From Eledone cirrhosa (taxonomy: Eukaryota), in assembly GCA_964016885.1 (NCBI GenBank), contig OZ024742.1:327236001-327300000 (forward strand): 64,000 nucleotides of DNA, in the 5' to 3' direction. Below the pieces are notes generated by a model, which was not told the origin of the DNA, searched no databases, and saw only the letters and a program-made list of their open reading frames with translations. Position 1 is the first letter of the stretch. Every line of letters starts with the position of its first letter. Position numbers and translations under genes: made by a program. Below, in pieces: positions 41,304-54,800 of this stretch.

Positions 41304-44034
41304 GCCATGTCTATGATGTTGTTTTATCCTTGATACCCTGTGTATTTCTCTCAAACTGCCCATGCATTCTCGTTTCCAGAAGATCTTCTTTTCTCTTCTC
41401 TTCAACTCTTTGGTTGAACGCTTCATTTCCAACTGTTTCTATTGCATTTATACCCATATCTTCAGCTGCATAATGCAACACTCTTCCTCACTGTTTATCA
41501 AATATTCTGCAAGCATTCTCCTTTCACTCATTATATACTATTATTATTAGTCTCAGTAGAGAGTCAGATATCATGCTTTCCAGCATAGTTACGTCCCTTT
41601 ACGATTTGAGTTCAAATCCCACCGAGGTTAACTTTGCCATTCATCCTTATGGGGTTGATAAAATAAAGTACCAGTAATGTACTTGGTAATTGCTGGCCTT
41701 GTACCAAAAGTAGAAACAATTATTAGTCTTAGTTTTAGGGTGGTGAATTGGTAGTACTGGGGTTGATTTAATCGACTTTCCCTTTACACAAAAATTGCTC
41801 GCCTTGCGTCTAAATCAGAAACCATTATTAGTCTTAGTTTTATTTTTATTGCATGTTGTCACTGCATTTCTGAGTACAGCTCTGTGCGTTGGGTATATGC
41901 AAGTGTTGTTTCTAGTGTATTGAGAGTTCTCTTTGTAATGTATGTAGTATCTAGTATTAAATCTTATCAAGAGTTTCATGAGAAGCACAATGAAACAGGA
42001 GAGACTGAATGAGCTACTTGAACTTATTATTGAGAGCAAACTTGCAGGAAAATTTGACTTCAGTGAAATAATTGTTTCTAATTTTGGGGAAATGGAAAAT
42101 CAATTATATTGACCCCAGTACTTGAATGGTACAATATTTTATCAACTCCAGAATGATGAAAGGCTAAGTTGATCATGGTGAGATTTGAACTCAGACTGTA
42201 AAGACCCTTAGCTAAATGTCCCAAAGCACTTTGTCCGATGCTCTAATGATATTGCCAATCTATCATCCTAACTTGAAGGAAATAATTATTCCTAATTTAA
42301 GCACAAGGCCAACAATTTCTGGAGAGGAGAAAGTCGATTACATCAACCCTCAGTTCATGACTGGTACTTTATTTTATCAACCCCAGTTCATGAACAGTAC
42401 TTTATTTTATCAACTTCAGAAGGATGAAAGTCTAACTTGACCTCTGCAGGATTTGATCTCATAACATAAAGGGCTGTAATGAAAGGCTTCTAAACATCTT
42501 GTCCGACACTAACAGTTCTGCCAATCCATTGCCCTTCAGTGAAATAATAAAAAAACATTTACTTTAAAAAGTCATGTAGAGCATGTTTCATTTACTTATA
42601 AGAATTCTCATTCTGCATTATTGAACACATTAAACTTTGGCAGCATATTATGTTATTCTTTCCTTATCTTTCCTTCACTGATAATGATATACAAATTTTC
42701 TCACCTCCCACTTCAAATCTCTAAATGACTGAAATATAATTTTACTCACTGCCCCCACATCTTGTATAACTCCCCTAAAGGATGACACATACTCTGTTGG
42801 GAAATGCTGTTTTACATGGTCACCGGACCTGCTAGAAATAGTAGCCAAATGCTGCTACTATTTCAAACATAGAAAGGGCACATTGGTTAATCTAGTGCAC
42901 TGCCTGAAAAATATATGACGGAATGGTAGTGGTTTGAAACTCTTTGATCTCCTTGCTCAGCGATGACTTGGGGCTAAATAACAACAACAACAACAACAGG
43001 GAATAGTTAAATGGAACATCATTATCATCATCATCGTTTAATGTACATTTTTCTATCCTTGGCACATAGAAACTGGTTGCACTTATAGAAAAGAGAAACA
43101 GGTTCATTTGATACACAATACCAGTTATATACTGTTGTCAATTTCTCCCTCTTCTTTAGTTCCCTTTCTCGCTATGGACACCCTTAGGGTTTAGGTAGTG
43201 TGTAGTTACTTCAATCATTACTAGAAGGTGTGACTACTCTGTTTTAAAAGCATCCCAGGTTCAACTTGTTCTGGTAGACACTAACTGGAGAGGGCCGCTA
43301 TCCCGGGTTATAGAATTCCTCTCCTCAATTTGAGAACTCCAGTGTGGTATCAGGCCAATGTTGAGAAAGGAAGAAGAGAGGAGAGATGAACAAGCAGCCT
43401 TGTCTTCAGTAATGACAATTACTGCAGAAACAATGGACAGGCATTGATTTAATATTCCTACAAAGCATGCTAGATGTGAATAGAATTACATTGGGTTGAA
43501 CCTCAGTTGATTCCTCTGACTAGTGTTCCAGTTATTTGAACAACAGAACAACCTGCTCATGAAATTAATGCGAAAGTAGCTGAGACTTCCAGAGACATGT
43601 GCACCCTTAAACCTTTAACATTTATTTTACTCTATATTTACTATTATATTTTCACAGTAAAGATTTTGATATTATTTACTTTGAGAACAATACGCTAACA
43701 TCAGTATGAGCAGCCAGTTACAGCCGGTTTGAGCAGAAAGAGGCAAGAGAATTCTGGCTGGACACGGCCAGTTTAAATGCTAAAGGGTTAAAGTAGTTAA
43801 AGTAGGAATATTTAGTGTGACATAGTGAGTGACAAGGCTGGCCTTTTATAATATAAGTACAACTCATTTTTATTATCCACTGAGTAGACTAAAGCAATGT
43901 GAAATAAAGTGTCTTACTTAAAGATACAATACACCACAAGATTTCAAAATCACAATCATATGATTGTGAGCCAAAACACCCTAACTAGAAAGCCACACTT
44001 TTTAACATACAGACTTGTGTACCAATAATGTAAT

Positions 44035-44200
44035 TCTTCTGGTGTCCATGGCTCTAGGACCACCTCCCTGCCCACCAACATTGGCACAGAGTTGGCTACC
44101 TGCAGGTGTGAGCCTTGCGAGCTGGAATGGCTCATCCAGCGCGTATCCCTCACCATCCTTTGGGGAAACGCCTTCTCTGTTCTGTCCACTGGGACCACGA
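44035..44200 (+). mobile_element. CRE-like non-LTR retrotransposon RLE C-terminus relic
   Basis: SGVHGSRTTSLPTNIG..EPCELEWLIQRVSLTILWGNA matches the ETsGv.G...iG...epre..wL.QRvSlai.RGNa pattern. Confidence 0.75.
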
Positions 44201-44404
44201 GGCGGCCAGTGCATGGGCCCCCATTTGCTCACAATAGTGAGAAATGGGGAGAGCGGGTGTATATATGTGTAAATAAGAGAGAATGAATCTAAAATCCTAG
44301 ATTTATGGAACCCTCAGTTATGTGATTGAAAAGGTCATCTGATTTACGATCGAACAGTATATAATAGAAATATAATTCTCAAGGCTCACCTCTAAATTAC
44401 AGCA

Positions 44405-44650
44405 TATATGCCCCCACATCTCCCACTGCAAAGTGGTCGTAGAGGTGCCACGGCAAAAAAAGCACCCAGCACTCACTGTAAATGAGGTTGGTGTTAGGAA
44501 GGGCATCCGGCTGAAGAAATCAAGATAGAATCAGTTCCCGTATGAGCAAGTCATGGTCAACCGACCGGACACTGCCCACAACAGGACAACCCGCCTAACC
44601 CATGCTAGTGTGGAAGAACGGACGTAAAACGGTGATGATGATGATGATGA
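44405..44650 (+). mobile_element. RTE family A 3'-UTR fragment
   Basis: Same UTR and GGACGTAAAACGGTGATGATG tail as 7340-7634. Confidence 0.88.
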
Positions 44651-45562
44651 CTCCACCTGACAAGTTTCTAAACAATATGAAATACAGTGTCTTGTACAAG
44701 GACACTATACATTACAGGGAATCAAACTCCTGACCTTACAACTGAACACTAAAACCACTAAGCTATGTGCTGTCACAATTATATTAGAAGGTATTTTATT
44801 TGCTACTTCACTTGACCACAAGTCAAGCCAGATAACTCTTTAAATTAACACACTGACAAAATATATAACAGATTTCACAAAGTAGACAAACATGTTTTGA
44901 TAGACTTCCAGGTTTAGTCAGCTTCCTCTTTCTCTTCCTCTATCTCTCTCTTGTTCTTTCTATCCCTCACTCACTATACCTATCAATCTCTCTTCCTCTC
45001 TCTTTCTCCCCCCTTTCTCTCTTTCTTTATCTCTTTCTCCCTCTCTATTTCTCCTCTTTATCTGTGTTTTTTTACTTTCTCGCTCTATATCTCTCCACAC
45101 ACACACACATACATTCACATACACACAAACCCACACGCACACACACACACATACACATACATACAAACTCACACGCACACACATACACATACACACAAAC
45201 CCACATGTACACACACACACCCACATACACATACAAACAAACACACACTGTTGCATATATTCTGCGCAGGTCTTCAGTTATACTTTGCTCTTCCTCTGCC
45301 TCTCCCACCAGTCTTAGAGGACCTGGAAAGGGTCATGGGTGCAGCCCTTCCCTCCCTCCCTACCTAACTTTCCCTTTCTATCTAAAAGTCCTTTTTTTAA
45401 GATCCCATACAAACACACGCATGCAGCATGCACGTGGACTCAGTAAGTTGTAGATAAGAGCATCATGGCTTGGAGTGTCTTAAGCAATGAGAAGTGGCTA
45501 TGTGGGTTTTGTGGTGTAATGTGTGGGATGAAGACAGTAAGGAAGGAATAAATAAGAAAGAA

Positions 45563-45595
<33 letters not shown>

Positions 45596-45883
45596 TGGAG
45601 AGAAGGGATGAGAAAATGAATGAGAGGAGGGAAAGTTATGGAGAACAGCTGTGGCAGCTTTTAATCACAGAATAAATAAATAAAATGTAAAACTTCTCAA
45701 TTTTCACATCAAATAAAAACACACTTAACTATGTATCCATTTATCCATACATACACACACCCAAGGACACATGCATGCACAAATACATTACAAACACACA
45801 TACATACACATTCATAAATATATATATCAAGTAAGTATGTTTTGATATATGTATATATATATGTATATGTATGTATATATGTA

Positions 45884-45933
<50 letters not shown>

Positions 45934-46109
45934 ATATATATTATCAGGGATAACCACAATAAGTAAGGTACTCAATACACAGTAGAGTATTTTAAATGTT
46001 TAATATAGAAATAGCTTCTACAGGACAAGTACTGTTTCATTCAAAAGAAATGATTATTTCCTTCAAATGAAACAGTTCTAGTCTTGTAGAAGCCATTTCT
46101 ATATTAAAC

Positions 46110-46160
<51 letters not shown>

Positions 46161-46237
46161 CAAATTTAGACGGGAACAAAACAGAGAGGCAGACAAATAA
46201 AGGTTTATTAGGTTCACGCTCTTGAGAGTGATGGAGA

Positions 46238-46268
46238 GGGACGTTTCGGGCATAAGCCCTTTCTCAGG
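46238..46268 (-). ncRNA. Degenerate Penelope-type hammerhead
   Basis: Minus strand: CTGAGAA-AGGGC ttat GCCC-GAAACGTC. Confidence 0.5.
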
Positions 46269-46864
46269 ATAAATAGGTTAGCAAGAGAGTTCCGAGGGTC
46301 TGTGGAAATACATTTAGAAAAAAGGGGGAAGGAGAACAAATAAAAATAAAAATAAACGTAAAAATAAACATAAGAATTAACAATAAGATGAGCAAGTGGT
46401 GGAAGGGTGTGAGGCGTGTAAGGGTGGTGGCAGGTGGAGTTGGGCGAGGGTGGCAGGGGGTCGAAGCGGGGAAGGCTGAAGGTGGTGTTTGTGTATGTGT
46501 GTAGGTGTACGTGAGTGTGTGAGTTCGAATCCTGGACTGGGTGATGCGTTATGTCCTTGAGAAAGACACTTTATTTCACGTTGCTCCTTCTACCTGGAGT
46601 TGTGACCGATTGATAGTATTAGCAAAGACTGACGAAAACATTGTTTCCTCAGTCCGATTTGACGAAAGTCGATCGATCCTTTTTATATATACATATAATA
46701 TATATATAATATATATATATATATGCATGTATATTATTGATGGACGTACTCAACACTGTAGTAGAGTTTAATTATTCATTTAATGGTTAAGCTGTGAGCC
46801 TCGTCATTCTGGAGTTTCACCTGTATGTGAAACCCCAGAGTAACAAGGCCTACCAGAGTAATAA

Positions 46865-47310
46865 GGTTGTGTGGTGATTGTGATAGGACACACACGGTGG
46901 TGTAGCTGGGGTAGTGGTGGAGGAGGTGGTTGTGGGGGTGGTTGTGATAGGACACACCTTATGATGCAGCTAGGGTGGTGGTTGTGGTCGTGGTTGTGAT
47001 AGGACACACCTTATGATGCAGCTAGGGTGGTGGTGGTGTTCATGCTGGTTGTAGTTGTTGTGGGGTGGTTATGATTGAACACACCTGGTATATCTAGGGT
47101 GGTGGTGGTGACGATAGTAGTGATGGGAGGCTACTGGTAGTGGTGGTCATGGTGATGTTTGTGTGGGTTGTGGGTTGGTTATAATTTGATCACACCTGGT
47201 GGTGCAGCTAGGGTAATGACCGAGGTGGTGGTGGGGTGGTTATAACTGGTCACACCTGGTGGTGCAGCTAGGGTAATGGCAGTGGTGGTTATAATTGAAT
47301 ACACCTGATG
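46865..47310. repeat. Degenerate GT-rich minisatellite (about 55-90-bp units)
   Basis: Recurring GTTGTGATAGGACACACC..GGTGCAGCTAGGGTGGTGG. Confidence 0.8.
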
Positions 47311-48390
47311 ACAAACCTTGGTTATAGATTCTGTCAGTTTCTCCGATGAACATTCAGTTATTCAATCAAATGAACATCTGGCTTGTTAATTAACAGGTAA
47401 GTCATTGAGTATTCCACAAACACATATAGTTCCAAGGCCAAATCAGTGTGACAGAATATGTAACATAGCTGGACTTTTGAAATACAGGTACAATCTATCA
47501 GATAGGATTCTACACAGTTTCTGCCCCACCCATTCCTAATTTCACTTAAAAGGCTTGGAACAACCCAAGGCTATGGGATATGATACTTGCCTAAGATGCC
47601 ACACATTGAGATTGAACCAGGACCTCATCATTGCAAAACAAACTTGTTAACCATTCAGCTATGTCATCACCCACAAAGGGCCTTTTACCCAACTGAAGAT
47701 CATATAAACTTACTTCTAATATCAGATATGCCTAGAAAAATAAATACTCATAAGGTATTAGTCAATGAAAGGTTATAGTAAAAGACATTTGCCCAAGGTG
47801 CCATGCAGCCAGGACCAAATTTAGAACTTGGGGGGTTCTGGAGCACTTCATTTTCTTTTTTTGGGGGTGGGGGGTGGGGGTGGTGGTGGTGGTGGTGGTC
47901 CCGCATACACAAACGAATAAAATACACCCTCTCCCCAGGTTTACAGTTCAAAGTTGGCTTAGTACATGTAATTGGAATTATCAAGTTATACACACAGATG
48001 TTAAATGAAAAAATCTGACCATCCCCATTATAAGTGCACTTTCCACACTTAAATCCACTTACAAGCACACCCACAAACATATACCCAAATATATATATAT
48101 ATACACATACCTGTAGTATCTATTTGAAAATATATCTCACCAAGAATGCCTTTTGTGAAAATCAGTCATGAGGAACTATTGTCATCTTGCCTGATGGTTT
48201 GAACCTCACAGAACCACCTGCCTCTTGGAGGTCAAATACCAACCCTACTACCATCTACAAACTGACCAATGAGAATCAAGACTATTCCTGCTGACAACAT
48301 CAAAATATTCCTAACAAGCTCATATGTCCCAAGGCTCTGATACCATCAACACTATACACACAGAGTTGGCATATCTAAGAACTGACTAAG

Positions 48391-48445
48391 TGCCTGATGA
48401 GGTCATAGCCATTCAATGGCTATCATCGAAATATATATAGCAGTA
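48391..48445 (+). ncRNA. Minimal hammerhead ribozyme downstream of a Penelope ORF end
   Basis: TGC-CTGATGA-GGTCATAGCCA ttcaa TGGCTATCATC-GAAA-TATATA-TA-GCA. PDGLN motif upstream near 48190. Related mutated copy at 48895-48951. Confidence 0.72.
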
Positions 48446-49384
48446 AATAAAGGATTATGAGTTCATGCAATTGACTTATGTTTCGTCACTATATATATAC
48501 ACATATATATATATACACACACATATATATATATATATACATATTGTGTAAATGAAGTAATTCCGTCGGAAAAGTCCAGGAAAAAAGAGTGCTCTATGTA
48601 GGTCACAGAGCTTAATAGTTATGTAATAAACAACATAAGATAATTATTTCATATACATATATAAATTTTAGTTACCAACACTTCAGTGTGCAGGGTAGAG
48701 CACTCAACGAAGTGCACAGGTGGGTCTGTTTACTCTGGAGTAATTTAAAATAAAGAAGTGTAAGTCAACAGGTTAAATATGCTACCAGTTCTTTGAGAAA
48801 AACACACCATACTTCGGGACTGGGCATATCAAAATATTGAAATAACAGATGTAAACTTTCTTCCATCATTATATTTTCCTGTTTCAAATTCTGGCTGTTT
48901 GATAAGGTCATAGCTGTTGAATAATGGTTATCACCGAAATATATGTAACAGTGAATATGAATAAATGAAGTTAATTTTAACCTGATGATTTACACTTCTT
49001 GTTTATATATATATATATATATATATATAAATATATATATAAATATATATACATATATACATATACACAGATTTAAAGATACAGCTATACACACATGCAT
49101 ACATTCACCTATATACCATATACTAACACATGACATTTTAATGAATTCAAACTATATATTTAGGGATGAGAGGAATAATTGTTATCTATATTACTGGTAC
49201 TAAAGTACCAGTAATGCACTGGTAATTGCTGGCCTTGTGCCTAAAGTAGAAACAGTTATCTATATTACCGGTTCTGGTAACAAAACCCAATGGAGATAAC
49301 TTTGAACAATTCAGTTAATTAAAATTTATTTATGTAGAATGTAGTGAGTATAAGATTAAGTCTTGTCTTTAACAGTGCAGTAAT

Positions 49385-49428
49385 CAATCCAGACATGTTT
49401 TGGTCTCATCAGCCCTCATCAGTGAAGC
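49385..49428 (-). ncRNA. Decayed hammerhead (G12>A)
   Basis: Minus strand: TTCA-CTGATGA-GGGCT gatg AGACC-AAAA-CATG-TC-TGGA. Confidence 0.45.
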
Positions 49429-51574
49429 ATAGTTTAATTGTTATGATAGATATTACAATGACTAGAAAAATATACAAAATCTAATGAAGGAATACAGAAA
49501 ATCATTATAACTTAAAAGAATGATTAGTTAAATATCCAGGGCTACTTGATATCATAATCAACATCATTGTTTAATGTCTATTTTTCCATACTTGCATGGG
49601 TTAGACAGGTTGCCCACACCATGAGACAAGTCTAGCAAGCTGGCCACATGATACCTTGCTCAGATGAACCTGTATGAACTGGAATTTTTACAGCTGGATG
49701 TCCTTCCTAACACCAATCACATTTACATTGTGGAACTGGGTGGCACCATTATGAGGAGGGACTGGCCAGTTGGCCCCACCATAACCTGCTCACATCGGAA
49801 CCATAGTTTGGGAGTGGTCACATTAAGTCAAACAAATTTTATAAGTTTTATACATAGGCACTCTTAAGTACTCGTGTTTACACATGCATACTCATTAGCA
49901 AAAGGAATAATTCTGGTTAATAAGATAAGAAAGACAACCCCAAAACTTGGATTAATTGGTATTAATTAAATATGGAATACAGGAGAATGTGTCTGATCTT
50001 TAACAGTCTGGTGATAATTTAACACATCTTCCAGTCTCATTAGACCCCATTAGTAGCTGTCCCAAACATCATTAAGATACTACCTTCTGATAGAGTAGGA
50101 TGCTGTTGTTAAAACAATACATAGAAAAGACTGTTGTTGGTATATATACATCTGTATCAACACATTGAACATAAGTGGAACAATCCCATCAACATATGTC
50201 AAATATAAACACAACAGACATTTTATACATATCTTTGGGGTGTAAAAGTAAAAAATAAAGAACTTGTGTACCGAAGAGGTCAATTGCACAGCAGATGTGA
50301 ACTTTTATTTTAAAATCTGTGAGAAAGATAACATATGCAACCAGCTGCTTCAAAATACAGATTATAAATTCTCAATTGTAGCCATATGTGAAGTCACATG
50401 GCCTAGCGTGTTGGACTGACAATCATAAGGTTGTGGATACTATTCTTGGACCAGGTGGTATGTTGTATCCTTGAACAAGAGTCTTAATTTCTCATTATTT
50501 CAGTCCACTCAGGTAGAAAAAAATGAGTACCAACAGCAGCTGGGGATTAACTTGTGTAATTGACTGGCATCTGGTCCAGCAGGGAATCGTTTCATGATAG
50601 GACTGAGATCCCTATCTCTAAAATACCTGAGACACCCCCTATGAGATGTAACCTTGTATGAGAACAGCTAAAACTATATTGATGTGAAGTTTAACAACAA
50701 CAACAACAATTGTACTAATAATTATTGGTACATATGGGTATTTTACTTAACTTTCTAAATGTTTAAATATCATATATACTCATATAAAAGCAGATCCAAA
50801 TATATGCCAACCCTAATTTTATGTCGAAGAAATAGGCAAAAATCCAAACCTTATTTAAAAGCCAAGGCAGGTAATCAACACATTATGTTTCGATGGCATG
50901 GTTTTGAATTTCTAATGAGTGGAGAATATATTTATGAAGTTTTAATATTTTGATATCTAAAATGTTTTAAATATTGTTTAGATTATGGTTTTTGTTTCAC
51001 AACTCCATTACTGAATGATTTGTTTGCCAATTTCTGACTATTTTGAAGGCCATATTCATTAAAAACATATAAAAAAAACAATAGGAAATATAAATTTCAT
51101 GTCGAAAGTGAAACCAGTGTAATATTCACCTCCAAAGTAAAACAGATGTAATATTCACTGCCAAAGTGAAAAGATTTTAACACTTCATTTACGTAGAATT
51201 TTGAAGTTGGTGAAAATTGGTAAAATATTAACCCCGAATATATGCTGACCTCTCCATTTTACCATTGATTTTTTTGTCACATATTTCTCAGCTTATATAT
51301 GAGTATATACGATAAATATCATCTTCATCTTCTTCATCCGTCCCATAGTCTGGAGGACTGTTGGGGTACCACAGATGACCTGGCAACCAGCTCCTTCCAT
51401 TCCTCTAGCCTCTCTGCCCTCCCTATGGTTGGACCTAGCTTCATGCTGTCCAATGGGAGGACGGTAAATATATTATATAATAAACAGGAAAAGAGAAAAA
51501 AATAAAGAATGAAAATAAGGAGGAAGGAAGGGACAGACTATATACTCTTCTCTAGGCAGTATATTTCAGCTACG

Positions 51575-51808
51575 GCAAACAATTAACCACAGAGAACAAC
51601 TAGCAACACCCACAGCATCAGCAACTCAACTTAAGAGACACCTTCTCAAGTGGGATCTACTCCTCCCAATTTTGCTGAGGAAAACAGTAGACCAAGGGCC
51701 AAGGACACCAGAGGTCTCAATGGAGACAAGTAGGGAGAAGAAGCAGCCAGTCAAATTCTGGTATTTGGATATCTACTACTACTTGGCATTACAGATGGCA
51801 GTACTCAG
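51575..51808 (-). mobile_element. CRE-like RLE relic directly downstream of the minisatellite frame
   Basis: In frame with the TDPDTP ORF: AICNAK***ISKYQNLTGCFFSLLVSIETSGVLGPWSTVFLSKIGR, then LWVLLVVLCG (reads as decayed QRVSLAVLRG). Confidence 0.75.
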
Positions 51809-54800
51809 ATCTGTAGGAGCACCTGGGTCAGTGGCAGTGTCTGGGTCTGTAGGAGCACCTGGGTCAGTGGCAGTGTCTGGGTCTGTAGGAGCACCTGGGT
51901 CAGTGGCAGTGTCTGGGTCTGTGGGAGTGTCTGGGTCAGTGGCAGTGTCTGGGTCAGTGGCAGTGTCTGGGTCAGTGGCAGTGTCTGGGTCTGTGGGAGT
52001 GTCTGGGTCAGTGGCAGTGTCTGGGTCAGTGGCAGTGTCTGGGTCTGTGGGAGTGTCTGGGTCAGTGGCAGTGTCTGGGTCAGTGGCAGTGTCTGGGTCT
52101 GTGGGAGTGTCTGGGTCTGTGGGAGTGTCTGGGTCTGTGGCAGTGTCTGGGTCAGTGGGAGTGTCTGGGTCTGTGGGAGCACCTGGGTCAGTGGCAGTGT
52201 CTGGGTCTGTGGGAGTGTCTGGGTCTGTGGCAGTGTCTGGGTCAGTGGCAGTGTCTGGGTCTGTAGGAGCACCTGGGTCAGTGGCAGTGTCTGGGTCTGT
52301 GGGAGTGTCTGGGTCAGTGGCAGTGTCTGGGTCAGTGGCAGTGTCTGGGTCTGTGGGAGTGTCTGGGTCTGTGGGAGTGTCTGGGTCTGTGGCAGTGTCT
52401 GGGTCAGTGGGAGTGTCTGGGTCTGTGGGAGTGTCTGGGTCAGTGGCAGTGTCTGGGTCTGTGGGAGTGTCTGGGTCTGTGGCAGTGTCTGGGTCTGTGG
52501 GAGTGTCTGGGTCTGTGGGAGTGTCTGGGTCTGTGGGAGTGTCTGGGTCTGTGGGAGTGTCTGGGTCTGTGGCAGTGTCTGGATCTGTGGGAGTGTCTGG
52601 GTCAGTGGCAGTGTCTGGGTCTGTGGAAGTGTCTGGGTCAGTGGCAGTGTCTGGGTCTGTGGGAGTGTCTGGGTCTGTGGCAGTGTCTGGGTCTGTGGGA
52701 GTGTCTGGATCTGTGGGAGTGTCTGGGTCTGTGGGAGTGTCTGGGTCTGTGGGAGTGTCTGGGTCTGTGGGAGTGTCTGGGTCTGTGGGAGTGTCTGGGT
52801 CTGTGGGAGTGTCTGGGTCTGTGGGAGTGTCTGGGTCTGTGGCAGTGTCTGGGTCTGTGGGAGTGTCTGGATCTGTGGGAGTGTCTGGGTCTGTGGGAGT
52901 GTCTGGGTCTGTGGGAGTGTCTGGGTCTGTGGCAGTGTCTGGATCTGTGGGAGTGTCTGGGTCAGTGGCAGTGTCTGGGTCTGTGGGAGTGTCTGGGTCT
53001 GTGGGAGTGTCTGGGTCTGTGGGAGTGTCTGGGTCTGTGGCAGTGTCTGGGTCTGTGGGAGTGTCTGGATCTGTGGGAGTGTCTGGGTCTGTGGGAGTGT
53101 CTGGGTCTGTGGGAGTGTCTGGGTCTGTGGCAGTGTCTGGATCTGTGGGAGTGTCTGGGTCAGTGGCAGTGTCTGGGTCTGTGGGAGTGTCTGGGTCTGT
53201 GGGAGTGTCTGGGTCTGTGGGAGTGTCTGGGTCTGTGGGAGTGTCTGGGTCTGTGGGAGTGTCTGGGTCAGTGGCAGTGTCTGGGTCTGTGGGAGTGTCT
53301 GGGTCTGTGGCAGTGTCTGGGTCTGTGGGAGTGTCTGGGTCAGTGGCAGTGTCTGGGTCTGTGGGAGTGTCTGGGTCTGTGGGAGTGTCTGGGTCTGTGG
53401 GAGTGTCTGGGTCTGTGGGAGTGTCTGGGTCTGTGGGAGTGTCTGGGTCTGTGGGAGTGTCTGGGTCTGTGGCAGTGTCTGGGTCTGTGGGAGTGTCTGG
53501 GTCAGTGGCAGTGTCTGGGTCTGTGGGAGTGTCTGGGTCAGTGGCAGTGTCTGGGTCTGTGGGAGTGTCTGGGTCAGTGGCAGTGTCTGGGTCTGTGGAA
53601 GTGTCTGGGTCAGTGGCAGTGTCTGGGTCTGTGGGAGTGTCTGGGTCTGTGGGAGTGTCTGGGTCTGTGGGAGTGTCTGGGTCTGTGGGAGTGTCTGGGT
53701 CTGTGGGAGTGTCTGGGTCTGTGGGAGTGTCTGGGTCTGTGGGAGTGTCTGGGTCTGTGGGAGTGTCTGGGTCTGTGGCAGTGTCTGGGTCTGTGGGAGT
53801 GTCTGGATCTGTGGGAGTGTCTGGGTCTGTGGGAGTGTCTGGATCTGTGGGAGTGTCTGGGTCTGTGGGAGTGTCTGGGTCTGTGGGAGTGTCTGGGTCT
53901 GTGGGAGTGTCTGGGTCTGTGGCAGTGTCTGGGTCTGTGGGAGTGTCTGGATCTGTGGGAGTGTCTGGGTCTGTGGGAGTGTCTGGGTCTGTGGGAGTGT
54001 CTGGGTCTGTGGGAGTGTGTGGGTCTGTGGGAGTGTCTGGATCTGTGGGAGTGTCTGGGTCAGTGGCAGTGTCTGGGTCTGTGGAAGTGTCTGGGTCAGT
54101 GGCAGTGTCTGGGTCTGTGGGAGTGTCTGGGTCTGTGGCAGTGTCTGGGTCTGTGGCAGTGTCTGGGTCTGTAGGAGCACCTGGGTCAGTGGCAGTGTCT
54201 GGGTCTGTGGGAGTGTCTGGGTCTGTGGGAGTGTCTGGGTCTGTGGGAGTGTCTGGGTCAGTGGCAGTGTCTGGGTCTGTGGGAGTGTCTGGGTCTGTGG
54301 GAGTGTCTGGGTCTGTGGCAGTGTCTGGGTCTGTGGGAGTGTCTGCGTCTGTGGGAGTGTCTGGGTCTGTGGGAGTGTCTGGGTCTGTGGGAGTGTCTGG
54401 GTCAGTGTCTGGGTCTGTGGGAGTGTCTGGGTCAGTGGCAGTGTCTGGGTCTGTGGGAGTGTCTGGGTCAGTGGCAGTGTCTGGGTCTGTGGGAGTGTCT
54501 GGGTCAGTGGCAGTGTCTGGGTCTGTGGAAGTGTCTGGGTCAGTGGCAGTGTCTGGGTCTGTGGGAGTGTCTGGGTCTGTGGGAGTGTCTGGGTCTGTGG
54601 GAGTGTCTGGGTCTGTGGGAGTGTCTGGGTCTGTGGGAGTGTCTGGGTCTGTGGGAGTGTCTGGGTCTGTGGGAGTGTCTGGGTCTGTGGCAGTGTCTGG
54701 GTCTGTGGGAGTGTCTGGATCTGTGGGAGTGTCTGGGTCTGTGGGAGTGTCTGGGTCTGTGGGAGTGTCTGGGTCTGTGGGAGTGTCTGGGTCTGTGGCA

